A stretch of 32,000 nt of DNA from Candidatus Saccharimonadota bacterium. GTDB taxonomy: Bacteria; Pseudomonadota; Alphaproteobacteria; CAJXXZ01; 1604HC. Location of the stretch: the NCBI RefSeq assembly GCF_008189525.1, contig NZ_CP043314.1, positions 510,001 to 542,000 on the forward strand, read 5' to 3'. A model generated the notes under the pieces. The model had not been told where the DNA came from, searched no databases, and saw only the letters and a program-made list of their open reading frames with translations. Numbering within the stretch: position 1 is the first letter of the stretch; each line of letters opens with the position of its first letter. Both the position numbers and the translations under genes were made by a program. Shown here piece by piece: positions 15,846 through 25,508 of this stretch.

Positions 15846-16700
15846 ATGAGTGATATTATGGAAAACACAACTAAAAGAGCTATGTCTCATGAATTGGAAA
15901 AAATACTATTTGAAGAAATAAAAGTATTGGATCAAGGTTTTGTGAGGGTTATAGATTATATGGGAAATGACTCTTCTATAGTTCAAGCTGCGAGAATATC
16001 TTATGGAAAAGGAACAAAAACACAGAGTTCAGATGCTGGGTTAATAAATTATCTTTTTAAAAATGCACATACATCTGTTTTCGAAATGTGTGAGATAAAA
16101 CTACATATAAAAGCACCTATCTTCGTTGCTAGACAATGGTTGAGACATAGAACTGCTAATGTAAATGAATATTCTGCTAGGTATTCAGAAATGGAAGATA
16201 GCTTTTACTTGCCTAATAAAGAAGATATCAAAGGACAAGATAAGACAAACAAGCAAGCAAGAGGCTTAGAGTTAGAAGACAGCATCAAGCAAGAATCACA
16301 AGATATGATTCATAATCTAAATACAGAATCTTATAAAGCGTATTTGTCTCTACTGGAAAAAGGAGTAGCAAGAGAATTAGCAAGAGGAATTTTACCAACC
16401 AACATATACACACAATTTTACTGGAAAATAGATCTAAACAATCTGCTTAGATTTGTAATGTTACGCAGCTCTAACCACTCTCAGCAAGAAATAAAAGCAT
16501 ATTCAGATACTATCAAACATATATTAAAGCTCTGGACCCCTATGGTTTACAATGCGTTTACAAATTTCAATCAAATGTCTTTGTCTGCAAATGCAATTGA
16601 AGTGATTAAAAAAGCAATAAAAGGAGAGAAAGTAAGCAGAGAAGGAACTTCTATAGGAAAAAGTGAATGGAAGTCTTTAGAAGAAGCGTTTGGAATTTAA
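15846..16700 (+). CDS. thyX: Flavin-dependent thymidylate synthase
   Basis: ThyX motif WLRHRTANVNEYSARYS, plus VRVIDYMGNDSSIVQAARISYGKGTK. The track ORF starts at a TTG (15816). In-frame ATGs at 15846 and 15858 are more plausible, and the exact start is uncertain. Confidence 0.88.
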   Translation: MSDIMENTTKRAMSHELEKILFEEIKVLDQGFVRVIDYMGNDSSIVQAARISYGKGTKTQSSDAGLINYLFKNAHTSVFEMCEIKLHIKAPIFVARQWLRHRTANVNEYSARYSEMEDSFYLPNKEDIKGQDKTNKQARGLELEDSIKQESQDMIHNLNTESYKAYLSLLEKGVARELARGILPTNIYTQFYWKIDLNNLLRFVMLRSSNHSQQEIKAYSDTIKHILKLWTPMVYNAFTNFNQMSLSANAIEVIKKAIKGEKVSREGTSIGKSEWKSLEEAFGI

Positions 16701-16951
16701 ATTACATATACAAAATTACATTACACAAAACGTTAGATAAATATATTTTCATTAGCACGCTAGCATATGTATAAATATTTTAATTTGTAATTACAACCTT
16801 AATTACAACCCAATATTACCAAAAACACTTATATTCAGATTATTATAAATATCAATCTGATCCAAAAAAGATTAATAACTTAAACTTTTAAACTCAAATT
16901 TATTTGTAGATTCATGATTTCTGCATTAATTCAACACAAAATCAAAAACAT

Positions 16952-16991
16952 CAAAGCTAAAGTGTTTATACCAAAGCTAAAATATTTAAAA
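16952..16991. repeat. Degenerate 20-bp tandem duplication (CAAAGCTAAAGTGTTTATAC / CAAAGCTAAAATATTTAAAA)
   Basis: The units match at 16 of 20 positions, in the thyX / ampG convergent spacer. The same spacer also holds a 12-bp duplication, TAATTACAACC(T/C), at 16788-16811. Confidence 0.6.
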
Positions 16992-17007
16992 CATACAAAA
17001 TAACTGA

Positions 17008-18261
17008 TTAAGTTTTAGATTTTTTGACAACCAAGTTTTTAGGGAGAGCCTTTAAGAATAACAAGACTGGCAAACTAATTAAAGCTGCTAATATGAAAAA
17101 GTAATTCCATCCTAAGTATTCGGCAGCATACCCTGAACATGATCCAATTAAAGCTGATCCAAATGACTCAGATAGACTTAACAAAGCCAATTGAGAAGAT
17201 GCATATTTCTTCGAACACAAGCTTGTTTGATAAACATAAAACGTATTGCTAGCAAATCCCCTGATTGTCTTTTCTATTAATATAGCACCTACAATTAGAT
17301 ATTGAGATTGCAAGAAATTATTTAACAAAAGAAGAGGCAAACAACTTAACGAATGCAAAATTGCACTGATAAAAAAATTGTATTTATAACTATATTTATT
17401 TAGATAGTAATTACTTGCTAAGGACCCAGCAATTGCTGTAAATCCTCCTATAATTTTAGAAGCGCTAAACAAGTATTTCATATGTTGAGCTGAGATTGTT
17501 CCTCTTAAAGATTCTCCTAACTCTACGAAATAACAGTAAAATACGGGAGATATTAATTTATCCTGCAATCTAAATAAAAACATAATCGCAATAACAGAAA
17601 CAAGATACTGCTTATGCTTAGAAACAAAATCTCTATAGGGTTCTATAAACATTTCCTTAAAGCTGAAGTTAGACTCTTCTTCCTCTTTTTCTCTAGGTAA
17701 CAGAAAAATTGTAAAAGAAGCAACAATCATAAACAAAGAGCTTATTCTATAAATCACGTTCCATGACACAAAATTTGAAATCAAAACATAAATATTTAAC
17801 GCTAAGTACAAACCTGTTCTAAATCCAATATTACCTAGAGTAAGTATCTTTTTTATATTCTGATCATTACTCAATTTATAGAAATGAGCTCTCAATAGCG
17901 GATCCATAGTAGACATACAAAATACACTCAATAAAACTACACTTACAAATATATATTGATTCTGTAATGGGTTTCTAAAGCTAAGTATAAAAAATCCTAT
18001 AGAAGGAATAATCATCATTAAGAAAATCCAACTAGATCTTATATCTAGAATCTTATTTAAAAATGGAACTTTAATTCTCTCAAAAAAAGGCACCCAGAGG
18101 ATTTTGCTAGCATGAATAAAATAAGATATGCTAAGCAACCCCAACGCCTTCTTACTGACCTTCAAATCTGCAAGCCAATATCCTAAAGTATGACCGGGCA
18201 AAGTATATACCATTGCACTAACCATTGCTAAACTAAAAACAGAAAAATTATACAAAACCAA
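17008..18261 (-). CDS. ampG: AmpG-like MFS permease (muropeptide/anhydromuropeptide transporter family)
   Basis: 417-aa polytopic protein. The N-terminal region LGYWLADLKVSKKALGLLSISYFIHASKILWVPFFERIKVPFL matches the AmpG pattern (…WL.d.gvs…KflWaP..D). Apparent TTG start. Confidence 0.7.
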   Translation of the reverse strand: MVLYNFSVFSLAMVSAMVYTLPGHTLGYWLADLKVSKKALGLLSISYFIHASKILWVPFFERIKVPFLNKILDIRSSWIFLMMIIPSIGFFILSFRNPLQNQYIFVSVVLLSVFCMSTMDPLLRAHFYKLSNDQNIKKILTLGNIGFRTGLYLALNIYVLISNFVSWNVIYRISSLFMIVASFTIFLLPREKEEEESNFSFKEMFIEPYRDFVSKHKQYLVSVIAIMFLFRLQDKLISPVFYCYFVELGESLRGTISAQHMKYLFSASKIIGGFTAIAGSLASNYYLNKYSYKYNFFISAILHSLSCLPLLLLNNFLQSQYLIVGAILIEKTIRGFASNTFYVYQTSLCSKKYASSQLALLSLSESFGSALIGSCSGYAAEYLGWNYFFILAALISLPVLLFLKALPKNLVVKKSKT

Positions 18262-18325
18262 ACTCCTTTCTGTACAAAAAACATAAATATCTTCTATATC
18301 TGATTTTTACTGATACGATTGTAAA

Positions 18326-18880
18326 CTATATTAATCCAAATTTACTATGTATACATAATATATCTTCTAGTGATTTTTCAATAGCCTGATCTGTAGAAAC
18401 AACATAATCACATTTACTCATGTTTTCCATTTCAGAATCAAAAGAAGTCATTCTTTTTTTCAAATTATCCTTACAAACAGATCCATCTCTATCATTTATC
18501 CTGCATTCAATCTCATTTTTACTTGGAGGGTTTAAGAAAACAGAAATAACTTTTTTGTTAGTACTTTCTTTTAGATTCTCAACCCCTTTGTAGCTAGCTG
18601 CTAGAATTATAGGTTTATTTATATCTTCTACTTGAGATTTCTCTATTCCATACCAACAGCCAAAAATATTATCCCAATCTGCAAGCTTACCAAGCTCTTT
18701 TCTTTGCAAAAACTCATACTCAGATAGGAAAAAATAATCCACTCCATGCTTTTCTGAATCTCTCTTTGACCTAGTTGTGCATGTAATTGGCTTATAAAAA
18801 CCAAAATCTACAAGCATACAGGATAAGGAAGTTTTTCCAGAACCTGATGGACCAACTAGAACTATCACTAAATTAGACAC
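18326..18880 (-). CDS. gmk: Guanylate kinase
   Basis: P-loop LVGPSGSGKTSL, plus TTRSKRDSEKHGVDYFFLSEYEF. 184 aa. Apparent GTG start. Confidence 0.85.
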   Translation of the reverse strand: MSNLVIVLVGPSGSGKTSLSCMLVDFGFYKPITCTTRSKRDSEKHGVDYFFLSEYEFLQRKELGKLADWDNIFGCWYGIEKSQVEDINKPIILAASYKGVENLKESTNKKVISVFLNPPSKNEIECRINDRDGSVCKDNLKKRMTSFDSEMENMSKCDYVVSTDQAIEKSLEDILCIHSKFGLI

Positions 18881-19020
18881 AGAGAGATACTAACACAAAA
18901 CTATTTTTTATCTAAATCAACTTAATATTAAAAAAAATTACAACTTGAATGTGGTAAACCTCCTACAAATTTCGTTCTAGTTATTGATAATGAGTTTTAT
19001 GTTATGTATTCTTAATTCAT

Positions 19021-19095
19021 GGCGGGTATAGCTCAGTCGGTTAGAGCGCTAGGTTGTGGTTCTAGAGGTCGCCGGTTCGATTCCGGTTACTCGCC
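19021..19095 (+). tRNA. tRNA-His, anticodon GUG, with genome-encoded G-1
   Basis: Acceptor is GCGGGTA/TACTCGC. An extra 5' G at 19021 sits opposite discriminator C (19095). D arm is GCTC-AGTCGGTTA-GAGC. Anticodon stem is CTAGG/TCTAG with loop T-T-GTG-G-T. T arm is GCCGG-TTCGATT-CCGGT. Confidence 0.9.
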
Positions 19096-19294
19096 TGTTA
19101 TTTTCATAATATTTGTATAGATTAACTAAAAGAAGTTTTGGAATACCTCCTTAATTTAATATTTTATTACAATTAATCTTCCTTATGATAATTTATTCGG
19201 ATTAATATTAAAAAAATTAATTGAAAAAATAAGCTAAAATACAAATATTGTAATTCTTGAATTATTCTCATATTCGATGTAATCTTTTACTTAT

Positions 19295-19861
19295 ATGATA
19301 AAACTTCAAGCTAGGCAAAATTTCGGAACTTTGGAAGCACAAAACATTAGGAAATTGGGCTATGTTCCTGTCTCAATACATTCAAATGGAAAATCCGTAC
19401 ATGGATCTATAAGTTTTAAAGAAGTTTCACAGTTATTCTCTGAAGAAAACTTTATGATTAAAAAACTAGATCTAGAGTTAGATGGGAATAAATACAAAAC
19501 AATAATAAACAAAGTTGAGTTCCATCCAATCCATCTAAGGCCAATCAGCATAGATTTCCTAGATCTAAATCCATCTAGATTAGCAAATATAAATGTTCCA
19601 GTTTCATTTATAAACAAAGATAAGTCTCCAGGTATAAAATTGGGTGGTATTTTGAACCCCCTTGTCAGAAAAGTAGAAGTAAAAGTTTTAACATCTGAAA
19701 TACCAAGTGCTATAGAAATAGACTTGACAGGAAAGAATTCAGGAGACTCTATAAAACTTAAAGATGTTTCAATTCCTGAGAATCTAAGAGTAATGAAATT
19801 AGAGCCTAACACCACATTAGCAACAATTATCGCTCCTTCTAAACCAAAAGAACAATCTTAA
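19295..19861 (+). CDS. rplY: 50S ribosomal protein L25 (Ctc form)
   Basis: 188 aa. The N-terminus LQARQNFGTLEAQNIRKLGYVPVSIH fits the L25/Ctc pattern. Lies next to pth. Confidence 0.8.
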   Translation: MIKLQARQNFGTLEAQNIRKLGYVPVSIHSNGKSVHGSISFKEVSQLFSEENFMIKKLDLELDGNKYKTIINKVEFHPIHLRPISIDFLDLNPSRLANINVPVSFINKDKSPGIKLGGILNPLVRKVEVKVLTSEIPSAIEIDLTGKNSGDSIKLKDVSIPENLRVMKLEPNTTLATIIAPSKPKEQS

Positions 19862-20029
19862 TTTAACCCTTAAACTAAGTTCAACCTAAAAGATTTGTAA
19901 TTGGTTTCTGAATACAAAAAAAATATAATACATACAGTAGATTCGAAAATAATTTTATCTAACATATTTACATTGCATTAAAATTTATATGGCATTAAAT
20001 GTCATTAATAATTTAATTAATATCAGAGC

Positions 20030-20689
20030 TCAATCAAGCTTAATATTAGAATCAATCCATCTTTCTATCGCAATGTTCCACTTATCCATCTTAATTGCTT
20101 TAAGAACAAACTCTGCCACTCCATGACCAGGATGCCCTATTCCAACCTTAACTCTAGAATACTCACTCCCTATAGCAGAAGTGATGCTTTTTAAGCCCTT
20201 ATGACCAGCTGTCCCACCTCCATGTTTAATTTTTATTTCATATTCATCTGTTTCTAGATCATCGTGAACAACCAAAACCTCCTCAGGCTTCACATTTTTA
20301 TTTTTCATATAAGAAAGAACAGCAAGTCCAGAACTATTCATATATGTAGATGGTTTTATAAAATCTATATGATGTTTCTTTTGCACTTTTGGAAAATTAT
20401 TCTGATCAGAGTTTTTTGTAAAATTATTTTTAATTGATTTAGGTTCACTTGATATACTATTCTTTTCTTGAGCTATATTTTCATGCACCTCATTGATAGT
20501 AATCTCTAAACTTGAAATAGAATAATTTCTATTACTCTTAAAATCACTAGAGTAAAATTTTTCCTTCATAACATCTAGAAAAACGAAACCTAAGTTATGC
20601 CTTGTGCTAGCATATTCTTTTCCTATGTTCCCTAGCCCAACTAAACATTTATAGTCTTTCAGATTTATAATTTCATTTAATTTTAACAT
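20030..20689 (-). CDS. pth: Peptidyl-tRNA hydrolase carrying an internal insert of about 40 aa
   Basis: LVGLGNIGKEYASTRHNLGF, STYMNSSG, VVHDDLE, GGTAGHKGLKSI and VGIGHPG motifs. Confidence 0.9.
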   Translation of the reverse strand: MLKLNEIINLKDYKCLVGLGNIGKEYASTRHNLGFVFLDVMKEKFYSSDFKSNRNYSISSLEITINEVHENIAQEKNSISSEPKSIKNNFTKNSDQNNFPKVQKKHHIDFIKPSTYMNSSGLAVLSYMKNKNVKPEEVLVVHDDLETDEYEIKIKHGGGTAGHKGLKSITSAIGSEYSRVKVGIGHPGHGVAEFVLKAIKMDKWNIAIERWIDSNIKLD

Positions 20690-20858
20690 CTATACCACCT
20701 AATACTATTCAATCTTTATATCATTAATTAATACTATTTATGAATACATTGAACTTATAAACACATCAAAGTTATAGAGAAATTATAAAAATCTCAAGAA
20801 CTATTTATATAACTAGGGTTAATAACTATACAAAACAGGAAAGATTAGATTTCAAAAA

Positions 20859-23333
20859 TTATGCAGAAAGTTCATGAAAGAATGCTTTTACAGAATCCAA
20901 GTAGAAATTACCTAGCATCTCTTCAAAAGCATGTATGCCTTCTTTTTTGTACTCTACCAAAGGATCTTTCTGACCATAAGCTCTGAGACCTATTCCTTGC
21001 TTTATATAATTCAGCTTCTCAACATGATCTATCCAATGTTCATCTAAAATAGTAAGTGCAATTATTTTACTCATTTTCAAAATCTTTTCATCTTCAGAAA
21101 TGTAATCTTCAAAGGACTTTTCTACTTTTGTAAAAATGTAATCCACCAGGAACTCTTCTGTAATTTCATTAGATTCTATCTCATCAAAGTTTATATCCAA
21201 TTTAAAATGATCTTTAATTGCCTTAGATAAAGCACTTAAATCCTCATCTTTTAGCAGAAAATCATGAATCATTTTTTCTATAGAATTTTTTACTAAATCT
21301 AGCCAAATATTTTTAGAGTAATTTTTCAATAACTCCATCCTATATCTATATATGCTATCCATTTGCTCTTCCTGTACATCAGAATATTTCTTAACGTGCT
21401 GCCTTAGGTCAAAATTATGAGATTCTATATTTTTTTGAACTTTTGCTATAAGTCTAGTAACGATTCTACCTGTAATAGGTCCTTCAGATTTCATTCTTGA
21501 AGATAGAGTATTTACTTTACCAGCATAAATTCTTACCAGATCATCTTCTAAAGACAAAAAGAACTTAGATTTACCTGGATCCCCTTGTCTTCCAGCCCTT
21601 CCTCTAAGCTGATTATCTATTCTTCTGCTTTCGTGCCTCTCAGTACCTATAACAAAAAGACCTCCTGTATTTTTTACCTTCTCTTTTTCTTCTTTTATTT
21701 CTTGTATCGTCTGCTTTGTAATACTGTCTATCTCAGATTCGTTTTCTAAATCTTTTATCTTCTCTGAAACAATTATTTTAGCATTACCTCCAAGCATTAT
21801 ATCTGTACCCCTACCAGCCATATTAGTTACAACAGTTACACTTCCTAGCTTTCCAGCATCAGCTATTATTCTTGCTTCATTTGCATGATTCTTTGCATTT
21901 AAAACCTTATGAGCTATTTTCTCTTCTCTAAGTGCATTAGAAAAAATCATGGATTTCTCAACACTAGATGTACCTATTAAAACTGGTTGTTTCTTTTCAC
22001 TGCATTTTTTCACCAAACTTATTACAGCTTTTATTTTTTCTGACAAAGTTGCATGTATTTCATCAGGGAGATCTGTTCTAGATATTGGCTTGTTTGTAGG
22101 TATTGAAACTATTTTCAGATCATATACTTTGTCAAATTCTTCTGCTTCAGTCATAGCAGTTCCTGTCATTCCTGATAACTTATTGTAGAGCCTAAAAAAT
22201 CTCTGAAACGTTATGGAAGCTTGAGTTCTAGTTTCATCCTGGATTTTTACATTTTCTTTTGCCTCTAAAGCTTGATGCAACCCATCGCTATATCTACGAC
22301 CAGACATGATTCTTCCTGTAAATTCATCAATTATAAATACTTGTCCATCTTTTACCATGTAATCTTTATCTTTTTTAAATAAGAAGTGAGCCTTCATAGA
22401 TTGATTCAAATGATGTATCAAAGTAGCATTTCTACTTTCAAACATAGTATCCCCTGAATCTATTACTCCATCATCAGTAAGCATTTTTTCTATTTTCTTA
22501 ACACCATCACTAGTAAGGTGACAAGTCCCATGCTTTTCATCTTTTTGATAATCGGACTCATTTAGATTTTTTGTCAAAGTATTAATCCATGCATACAAAT
22601 CAGAAGAGTGGTTAGATGAGCCAGAAATTATTAATGGAGTTCTAGCTTCATCTATAAGTATATTATCTATCTCATCTACTATTGCACAATTCAAATCCCT
22701 TTGATAAATTTCTTCTTCTGACATTTTCATATTATTTTTCAAATAATCAAAAGCAAATTCGTTATTTGTTCCATAAGTAATATCACAATTGTAAGCTACT
22801 TTTCTTTCTTCATCTCTCATATTGTTGTGTATACATCCAACTGACATTCCTAAGAAATTAAACACCTTACCCATCCAAGTTGAATCTCTCTCAGCTAGAT
22901 AGTCATTTACTGTAATTACATGTACACCTTTTCCAGCAAGAGCATTCAAATAAGCAGGAGCAACTGCAACAAGAGTTTTACCTTCACCTGTCTTCATTTC
23001 TGCAATCATGCCTTTGTGGAGAGCTATTCCTCCTAAAAGCTGAACGAAATATGGTCTTTCATTTAAAACTCTTTTAGAAGCTTCTCTAGAAACAGCAAAA
23101 GCTTCAACTAAAAGGCTATCTAAGCTCTCTCCATTTTCAAATCTGGATTTAAACTCTTGTGTTTTCAAAGCAAGCTCTTCATCACTTAAATCACTATAGT
23201 TTTTTTTATCTATTTCTTTAGCAATACTCTTAAGATTGTCTATTTCATTGGACCTGAACCAAAATACAATTCTATAAAGCACTCTAGAAACCCAATTAAT
23301 TATTTTTTTTACAATTTTTACAAAAGAAAACAT
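20859..23333 (-). CDS. secA: Preprotein translocase ATPase SecA (824 aa, no C-terminal zinc-finger tail)
   Basis: MKTGEGKTLVA (Walker A), VTVNDYLA, DEIDNILIDEARTPLIISG, TNMAGRGTDI and LRGRAGRQGDPG motifs. Confidence 0.97.
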   Translation of the reverse strand: MFSFVKIVKKIINWVSRVLYRIVFWFRSNEIDNLKSIAKEIDKKNYSDLSDEELALKTQEFKSRFENGESLDSLLVEAFAVSREASKRVLNERPYFVQLLGGIALHKGMIAEMKTGEGKTLVAVAPAYLNALAGKGVHVITVNDYLAERDSTWMGKVFNFLGMSVGCIHNNMRDEERKVAYNCDITYGTNNEFAFDYLKNNMKMSEEEIYQRDLNCAIVDEIDNILIDEARTPLIISGSSNHSSDLYAWINTLTKNLNESDYQKDEKHGTCHLTSDGVKKIEKMLTDDGVIDSGDTMFESRNATLIHHLNQSMKAHFLFKKDKDYMVKDGQVFIIDEFTGRIMSGRRYSDGLHQALEAKENVKIQDETRTQASITFQRFFRLYNKLSGMTGTAMTEAEEFDKVYDLKIVSIPTNKPISRTDLPDEIHATLSEKIKAVISLVKKCSEKKQPVLIGTSSVEKSMIFSNALREEKIAHKVLNAKNHANEARIIADAGKLGSVTVVTNMAGRGTDIMLGGNAKIIVSEKIKDLENESEIDSITKQTIQEIKEEKEKVKNTGGLFVIGTERHESRRIDNQLRGRAGRQGDPGKSKFFLSLEDDLVRIYAGKVNTLSSRMKSEGPITGRIVTRLIAKVQKNIESHNFDLRQHVKKYSDVQEEQMDSIYRYRMELLKNYSKNIWLDLVKNSIEKMIHDFLLKDEDLSALSKAIKDHFKLDINFDEIESNEITEEFLVDYIFTKVEKSFEDYISEDEKILKMSKIIALTILDEHWIDHVEKLNYIKQGIGLRAYGQKDPLVEYKKEGIHAFEEMLGNFYLDSVKAFFHELSA

Positions 23334-23688
23334 GTTATTTTGAAGATACTCCTTATAAAGATATGTTTCAAGGAGATAATAAAAAAGTAAATAATTTATT
23401 AAGATTACAAAATATTTTTATTTGCTTACTTTTATATGAAGCCAAATTTAAAAACTACTATCAAAATAATGAAATAACATTGCATATTCGCTTACTTTAA
23501 TGGTAATATTGCCTCAAGTATTATTTAACATAATTGATTTCTCAAGTCAGTTTTCAGTTCTGTACAATCATTAATTTTAGTTATAAACAGAAATAACTAA
23601 ATAATATTTTTATCTTTTTCCTAAAAGAAATTCTGTTAAAAATTCATCATTAAATACAAAAAAACAAATTGCTTTCTAATTATATCAA

Positions 23689-24858
23689 ATGTACTATAAG
23701 AGCATGGGTTTTGTAGCTTTAGACAAAATATCTTTGATATTGACTTTTTGCGCTGTGATAGGGCTATTTCTTGCTGCATCTAACCAACCTCCAGTAATAG
23801 GATATATTTTGACAGGAATAGCATTAGGCCCTCACATGTTAAAACTAATAACCGAAACAGAGCCAATTAGGATTATTGGTGATTTCGGGATGATATTGAT
23901 GTTATTTACAGTTGGATTAAAACTGGATGTATACGAATTTAAAAAAGTATGGAAAACATCATTAATATGTGTTTTTGTGCAGATACTATCCTCATTCCTT
24001 GCAGCTAAATTGTTAGGTTCACTTTTAGGTATGGATACTGGAATGACAGCTCTTTTTACATGTTTCTTTGCATTAAGCAGCACAGCAGTAGCAGTAAAAT
24101 TACTAGAAAATAAAAATGAAGTTAATAACCAAGTAGGATCTTTAGTGATTAGCATATTAATTGCCCAGGATTTAGCATTAGCTCCAATGATAATTACTCT
24201 TAAAAGCATAATCTTCAAGAGCTCAATTTATGTCCTATTTTCTAAACTATTCTTTTCATTGTTCATAATGATTGTATGCGTAATATTTGTATCAAGATCG
24301 AATTTAAAGTTCTTAAACAAATTCTTTAACTCTGCATTTTTAAAAAATCCAGAAATAAATGCACTAGCAACTATTGCAATATGCTTTGGATTCGCTCAGG
24401 TATCTGAGCTGGTAGGGTTATCTGGTGTTTATGGAGCATTCATATGTGGGTTTATATTAGGAAATTTAGGACCAAAGAATGCCCTTCTGTCCTTTTCCAT
24501 GCCATTAAGTGGAATCCTTATGATGTCATTTTTTGTATATATAGGGACCTTATTTGACACAGTATTTATAGCTAAGAATATATTCAACATACTTGCAGTA
24601 GTGATCTTCATAACTTTATTTAAAATACTAATAAATTACGTAGTATTAATAAATCTGAAATGGAGAAGAATACATTCCATGCTTGCATCTGCGCTACTAT
24701 CCCAGGTAAGTGAATTCTCATTTGTGTTACTAAGCCTTTATTCTACTAGCGAAAATTTCATATGCTTAAAAAACTGGATAGTTTCTGTAACTGTAGTATC
24801 TTTGTCTGTTGGATCAATAATCGTAATTATGATACAAGATTTCTTAGAAAGGTCTTAA
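23689..24858 (+). CDS. Cation:proton antiporter, CPA2 family (membrane domain of the KefB/KefC type only, no KTN domain)
   Basis: 389-aa polytopic protein. The N-terminal PPVIGYILTGIALGPHML is typical of Na+/H+ exchanger-family proteins. Confidence 0.7.
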   Translation: MYYKSMGFVALDKISLILTFCAVIGLFLAASNQPPVIGYILTGIALGPHMLKLITETEPIRIIGDFGMILMLFTVGLKLDVYEFKKVWKTSLICVFVQILSSFLAAKLLGSLLGMDTGMTALFTCFFALSSTAVAVKLLENKNEVNNQVGSLVISILIAQDLALAPMIITLKSIIFKSSIYVLFSKLFFSLFIMIVCVIFVSRSNLKFLNKFFNSAFLKNPEINALATIAICFGFAQVSELVGLSGVYGAFICGFILGNLGPKNALLSFSMPLSGILMMSFFVYIGTLFDTVFIAKNIFNILAVVIFITLFKILINYVVLINLKWRRIHSMLASALLSQVSEFSFVLLSLYSTSENFICLKNWIVSVTVVSLSVGSIIVIMIQDFLERS

Positions 24859-24868
24859 TAGTAGCATT

Positions 24869-25369
24869 ATGAAAATAACATCCTATTACACTGAAAACGA
24901 AAATGATGTCAAATATATTTTCTCATTAATGCATAAATTATATAAACTAGGAAAAAGAATTTACCTAAAAACTAACAATGTTGTAGAACAAGAGGTTCTC
25001 AGCGAGCTGTTTTGGAAGTTCAGGACATTTCTTCCTCATGGAACAACAGAAGATCAATATCAGGAATTACAGCCAGTTTTGGTGTCAGGAATGGAATTCG
25101 AAGATTACATAGCAGAGAAACCTAAAGCAGCAGAATCTAATAAAGATTGCAATCAAGAGCATCAAGCATTTTCTACATTGATTATTTATAGGCACCCAAA
25201 TCAATACACAGAATCTATGATCAATAAAGTATCAGGGAAAGATATAAGTGGAAGTCTATCTGAAGTGATTTTTTGGAACCCAGATCAGCACAAAAACAGG
25301 ATGATGCTAGTAGGTAAAGTCTGGATACAACAAGGAATAAACTGGGTAGAGCTAAAGAAAGCAGACTAA
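24869..25369 (+). CDS. holC: DNA polymerase III chi subunit
   Basis: 166 aa. The pattern GKRIYLKTNNVVEQEVLSELFWKFRTFLPHG matches the HolC core (GkR…LD..LW…F.PH). Starts 10 nt after the antiporter stop. Confidence 0.65.
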   Translation: MKITSYYTENENDVKYIFSLMHKLYKLGKRIYLKTNNVVEQEVLSELFWKFRTFLPHGTTEDQYQELQPVLVSGMEFEDYIAEKPKAAESNKDCNQEHQAFSTLIIYRHPNQYTESMINKVSGKDISGSLSEVIFWNPDQHKNRMMLVGKVWIQQGINWVELKKAD

Positions 25370-25450
25370 AAATATGAAAGATATAACTTTATTAAAAAGC
25401 TTAGCTTTAAATTAGAAAACAAAATATAACTATAATTAAAAAAATTCTTC

Positions 25451-25508
25451 AAAAAATGGAAATTTTTCTTTAAAAAATGGAAATTTTTCTTTAAAAAATG
25501 GAAATTTT
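25451..25508. repeat. 21-bp tandem repeat, about 2.8 copies (AAAAAATGGAAATTTTTCTTT), just upstream of rpmB
   Basis: Copies at 25451-25471 and 25472-25492 are identical. A third, partial copy spans 25493-25508. Confidence 0.9.

Noticed and set aside
16135-16185. ThyX motif reads RHRTANVNEYSARY, with Asn where I expected the first Ser of RHR..S....S.R
   Set aside because: I am not certain from memory that this Ser is invariant in Rickettsiales-type ThyX, and the rest of the motif and protein are well conserved. It is not solid enough to report as an anomaly.
18922-19219. Near-identical A/T-only 18-19-mers, TTAATATTAAAAAAA(A)TTA, on both sides of tRNA-His (18922-18940 and 19202-19219), possibly att-like direct repeats
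   Set aside because: The sequence is pure low-complexity A/T and does not overlap the tRNA 3' end. Nothing resembling an integrase or cargo gene lies between or beside the copies, so it is probably coincidental.
23349-23375. CTCCTT…AAGGAG pair upstream of secA that could sequester a Shine-Dalgarno-like AAGGAG
   Set aside because: The stem is only 6 bp with a 15-nt loop. The AAGGAG lies 15 nt from the secA ATG, which is too far for a normal SD. This is too weak to call a regulatory element.
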